A stretch of 64,000 bases of DNA. Origin: an uncultured Collinsella sp. GTDB lineage: Bacteria; Actinomycetota; Coriobacteriia; Coriobacteriales; Coriobacteriaceae. Positions within the stretch are counted from its first letter, which is position 1. Every line of letters begins with the position of its first letter. Shown one piece after another: positions 61,195 through 64,000 of the stretch. The notes under the pieces are model-generated. The model saw only the letters and a list, made by a program, of their open reading frames with translations, searched no databases and had not been told where the DNA came from. Location: contig URAD01000001.1 in the NCBI GenBank assembly GCA_900545745.1, positions 12,611 through 76,610 on the forward strand. Direction: 5' to 3'. The translations under genes were made by a program, and so were the position numbers.

Positions 61195-61261
61195 AGTTGC
61201 GGTGAAATAGGGACTGTTTATGCAGCAAAAGCCGCAAAACAGTCCCTATTTCACCGCAACT
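61195..61261. repeat. palindromic intergenic repeat element, copy 6
   Basis: agttgcggtgaaatagggactgttt ... aaacagtccctatttcaccgcaactt, between convergent gene ends. Confidence 0.8.
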
Positions 61262-61271
61262 TATGAGGAGG

Positions 61272-61652
61272 CTATTCGTCGCTGCCCGGTTTGCGACGGT
61301 TGGCCTTTTTAATGGCGTTGAAGTGCTTGTCATTAAGCCTGCGCTGGCGTGAGCGCTGAGGCACCTTGGTCTTTACGCGTCGGCGCGGTGGACGCCCGCG
61401 ACGCTCAAGCTCAGCGCGCAGCTTACGCAGGCAGCTGCTACGGTTTTGGAACTGACTGCGGCTCTCGCGCGCTGTCACGGTAATCCCCGAAGGGATATGT
61501 TTCATGCGTACCGCCGAGTCCGTCGTGTTCACGCCCTGTCCGCCCGGACCCGTCGCGCGAAATACCTGCACCTCGCAATCGCGCGCCAAATCCTCGACCG
61601 ACATCTCGGCATAGCGCGCATACTCGCGCCATCCCATCTTGTTCTCATCCAT
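61272..61652 (-). CDS. arfB: GGQ-motif peptidyl-tRNA hydrolase domain protein (ArfB/YaeJ-like ribosome rescue factor)
   Basis: [20 protein letters not shown], then a basic C-terminal tail ([26 protein letters not shown]). Confidence 0.6.
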   Translation of the reverse strand: MDENKMGWREYARYAEMSVEDLARDCEVQVFRATGPGGQGVNTTDSAVRMKHIPSGITVTARESRSQFQNRSSCLRKLRAELERRGRPPRRRVKTKVPQRSRQRRLNDKHFNAIKKANRRKPGSDE

Positions 61653-61736
61653 ATCAACACCTCCCCTCATACAAAAAAATGTGACAAAGGGAAAGCCCCT
61701 TTGTCACATCGCATACCAATCGCTTATGTCGCGCGC

Positions 61737-62315
61737 TTAGGCGAAGGTGATCTCGCCGGTCTCACAGTCCATATCGGCGATACGGGCCAGGCTCTCGACG
61801 CGGAAGCCACGCTCGCGGAGCTTATCGCCACCGCCCTGGAAGCCCTTCTCCACCGCAATGCCAATACCGGACACCTCGGCACCCGCAGCCTCGCAGATCT
61901 TGATAAGACCCTCGAGCGCGCAGCCGTTGGCCAAAAAGTCGTCGATGATCAGGACCTTGTCGCCCTCGGACAGGAAGCGCTTGCCGACGATGACCGGGTA
62001 CTCCTTCTGCTTGGTAAAGGAGTAGATGGTCGTGGCATACTGCTCGCCGTCAAGGTTGATGGACTGGGCCTTCTTGGCAAAAACCACCGGCACGCCGCCA
62101 AAATGCTGGGCTGCAATGCAAGCCATGCCAATGCCCGAAGCCTCGATCGTCAGGATCTTGTTGATCTCGACGCCCTCGAACAGACGGGCCCATTCGGCGC
62201 CCATGTGGTCGAACAGCTCAACGTCGCACTGGTGGTTGAGGAAAGCATCAACCTTAAGGACGTTACCGGCCTTTACGATGCCGTCATGGCGAATACGATC
62301 CTCAAGCTCCTGCAT
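61737..62315 (-). CDS. xpt: xanthine phosphoribosyltransferase
   Basis: 192 aa. [13 protein letters not shown] is a PRPP-binding motif. The N-terminus is Xpt-like ([14 protein letters not shown]). Confidence 0.85.
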   Translation of the reverse strand: MQELEDRIRHDGIVKAGNVLKVDAFLNHQCDVELFDHMGAEWARLFEGVEINKILTIEASGIGMACIAAQHFGGVPVVFAKKAQSINLDGEQYATTIYSFTKQKEYPVIVGKRFLSEGDKVLIIDDFLANGCALEGLIKICEAAGAEVSGIGIAVEKGFQGGGDKLRERGFRVESLARIADMDCETGEITFA

Positions 62316-62472
62316 GGCGCAACCCCTTCTCGCGGCAACGATACCGCGCGATTAATAAACGTTGTTCGATAGTCTACCACGGACCGACCCCCGCCCGCCC
62401 CACAAGCCCCATCGCACCACAAACCAGTCTTTTTGGGACGGCGCGAATCGTGGCAGACAGCCTCCCAACGCG

Positions 62473-63777
62473 CTAATGGCGGGCGCGCGTCCTCACCAAA
62501 CGTACCAATGTGAGCGCAAAGCCCACGGTAGCAACGGCCATCAACACGTAGAATACCAAACGGAAGCCAAAGAGGAACACGTCCGGACGACCCGCCACAT
62601 AGCTCGTGACCGTCTTGCCCATCGCCGCGCTCGTCTGTCCATACAGGATGCGCGACGCCGCATTAATACCCAGCGCTATGCCCGCATAGCGCGCCAAGCT
62701 GCTCAAGCTGCCCGCAAAGCCAAGCGCCTCACGCGGAGCCGAACCCATATACAGCGAATTATTGGGACTCTGGAAGATCGACGTGCCGCACGACATAAAC
62801 GCGACGCAGCACACAATCATCAAGATGGAAGAGTGCTCGTCAAGCGTGCTCACCGCAAAGAGACCGCACACGTACACGCCCAGGCCAACGGCCGTGGGCG
62901 CTTCACAACCAACACGGTCGGACACCGAGCCCGAAAGCGGGCCCACAAAGGCATTCACGACCGGCATCGCCAAAAACAACAGGCCGGAGATATCGGAGCT
63001 AAAGCCGTGGGCGTCCTGAAAATAGAACGGCAGGATAAACTCGGAGGCACCGATACCCACGAACACGATAAGCATGCAAGCCAGGTTAATCGTGAAAGCC
63101 GAGCTCGCAAAGCAGCGACGCGCCGCCTCTGTCAACGGCATAGGGCGTTCGCCAGCCTCCGGCTTGACATGCGGCAGCGTGTAGAGTCCCACGATAAACG
63201 AGATGACGCCAATGGGAAGGTTGATGAGGAAGATGCTCTCCCAGGGAAAGCTCGCCACCAGCACGCCGCCGAGCACGGGGCCGCACATCATGCCAAGAGC
63301 CACAAAGGTCGCCAGAATGCCCATGGCACGACCGCGCTCACGCGCCGGAAACGACTCGGTGATGATGCCCATATTGTTGGCCATCGCGGCGGCACAGCCA
63401 ATGCCCTGCACGAAACGCGCCAAGATAAGCACCTCGAGCGAAGCCGAAAGCCCGCAAAGCAACGAGCCACCCGTAAAGACGATCACACCAAGCTGGAACA
63501 CATTCACCTTGCCGCGCACATCGCCCAAGCGGCCAAACGGCAGCATGGCGACACACGTCGCGAGCAGATACATCGAGCTCACGAGCTGAATGCGGTCGAG
63601 ACCCACCCCCAGCTCCTTTTGCATCACTGGGAGCGCCACCGTCACGATGCTCGCATCCAGACACGCCATAAAGGTCATGACGAGCACGGTGAACAGAATC
63701 GCCCATTTATTCTTACCGTGGGTGTCGCCCTCCAGGGCAATGTGTTCGCGGCGCAGCTGCTCGGCAGTTTTCTCCAT
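62473..63777 (-). CDS. MFS transporter (DHA2-like drug:H+ antiporter family)
   Basis: 14-TM MFS with GRLGDVRGKV-type motifs. Start at MEKTAEQL with an AAAGGA RBS. Confidence 0.8.
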   Translation of the reverse strand: MEKTAEQLRREHIALEGDTHGKNKWAILFTVLVMTFMACLDASIVTVALPVMQKELGVGLDRIQLVSSMYLLATCVAMLPFGRLGDVRGKVNVFQLGVIVFTGGSLLCGLSASLEVLILARFVQGIGCAAAMANNMGIITESFPARERGRAMGILATFVALGMMCGPVLGGVLVASFPWESIFLINLPIGVISFIVGLYTLPHVKPEAGERPMPLTEAARRCFASSAFTINLACMLIVFVGIGASEFILPFYFQDAHGFSSDISGLLFLAMPVVNAFVGPLSGSVSDRVGCEAPTAVGLGVYVCGLFAVSTLDEHSSILMIVCCVAFMSCGTSIFQSPNNSLYMGSAPREALGFAGSLSSLARYAGIALGINAASRILYGQTSAAMGKTVTSYVAGRPDVFLFGFRLVFYVLMAVATVGFALTLVRLVRTRARH

Positions 63778-63918
63778 GTATATCCTTTCTATCGTGCAAC
63801 GCAAAAACGGGACCCCAATCGCCTACAAACGGTCACGATCGGGGTCCCGCCTACGGAATCGGAACTATGAGGACGTCGTCAGCCGAAAAGCCGTCCCACG
63901 CCTCGCACGCACGCTAGC

Positions 63919-64000
63919 CTAGCACTGCTCGAGCGCCTGCTCAAGGTCGGCAATCAGATCGGCCGTGTCCTCGAGGCCGCACGACAGGCGCACCATGTCG
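63919..64000 (-). CDS. C-terminal fragment of a PLP-dependent Cys/Met-metabolism enzyme (cystathionine gamma-synthase / O-acetylhomoserine sulfhydrylase family)
   Basis: The reverse-strand tail reads ...DMVRLSCGLEDTADLIADLEQALEQC*. RLSVGLED is a characteristic motif. The gene runs off the window. Confidence 0.4.
   Translation of the reverse strand, partial: DMVRLSCGLEDTADLIADLEQALEQC

Noticed and set aside
11946-61261. Could the six palindromic repeats be a CRISPR array or a tRNA-like set?
   Set aside because: They are dispersed singly over 50 kb and are internally palindromic rather than direct repeats separated by spacers. They lack tRNA cloverleaf features. No cas genes are present in the window.

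Overview
High-GC (~60-65%) bacterial chromosomal window, gene-dense and mostly minus-strand coding. Gene content and architecture are consistent with an anaerobic actinobacterium (Coriobacteriia/Eggerthellaceae-like); this is an inference from sequence, not a database hit. Recognisable blocks, from left to right: valS 5' end; a DinJ/RelB-PIN toxin-antitoxin pair; a bgl PTS operon; an OYE-type flavin reductase with a divergent Crp/Fnr regulator; clpX-clpP-tig and tRNA-Leu; a two-subunit xanthine-dehydrogenase-family molybdoenzyme with a MobA/MocA-like gene and a Cys-rich DUF3343 protein; gdhA; a full selenocysteine-insertion set (selA, selB, and an unannotated tRNA-Sec); a Cys-type bis-MGD oxidoreductase with focA; a 13-gene Hyf-type formate hydrogenlyase operon headed by a hydN-like gene and a selenoprotein fdhF (in-frame TGA); a second DinJ-PIN pair; a low-GC DUF559 islet next to tRNA-Gly/tRNA-Pro; brnQ; a selenium-utilisation cluster (cysteine desulfurase-like, DUF3343, yedF, Sec-containing selD) fused in the same orientation to a GT4 glycosyltransferase and a 2-hydroxyacyl-CoA-dehydratase-like A/B + activase set; modABC-mogA-moeA; a CLC-F-like channel; dagK, arfB-like, xpt, an MFS exporter. 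Non-genic signals that stand out: (1) a six-copy family of ~67-bp intergenic palindromes whose stems are kept by compensatory changes; (2) two paralogous ~100-nt structured intercistronic RNA elements with covariation, one after each dehydratase-like gene; (3) a tandem hairpin array; (4) palindromic operator-like sites in front of the TA and mod operons. The long plus-strand ORFs in the track (e.g. 1413 aa, 857 aa, 732 aa) are antisense artefacts of GC-rich coding DNA.
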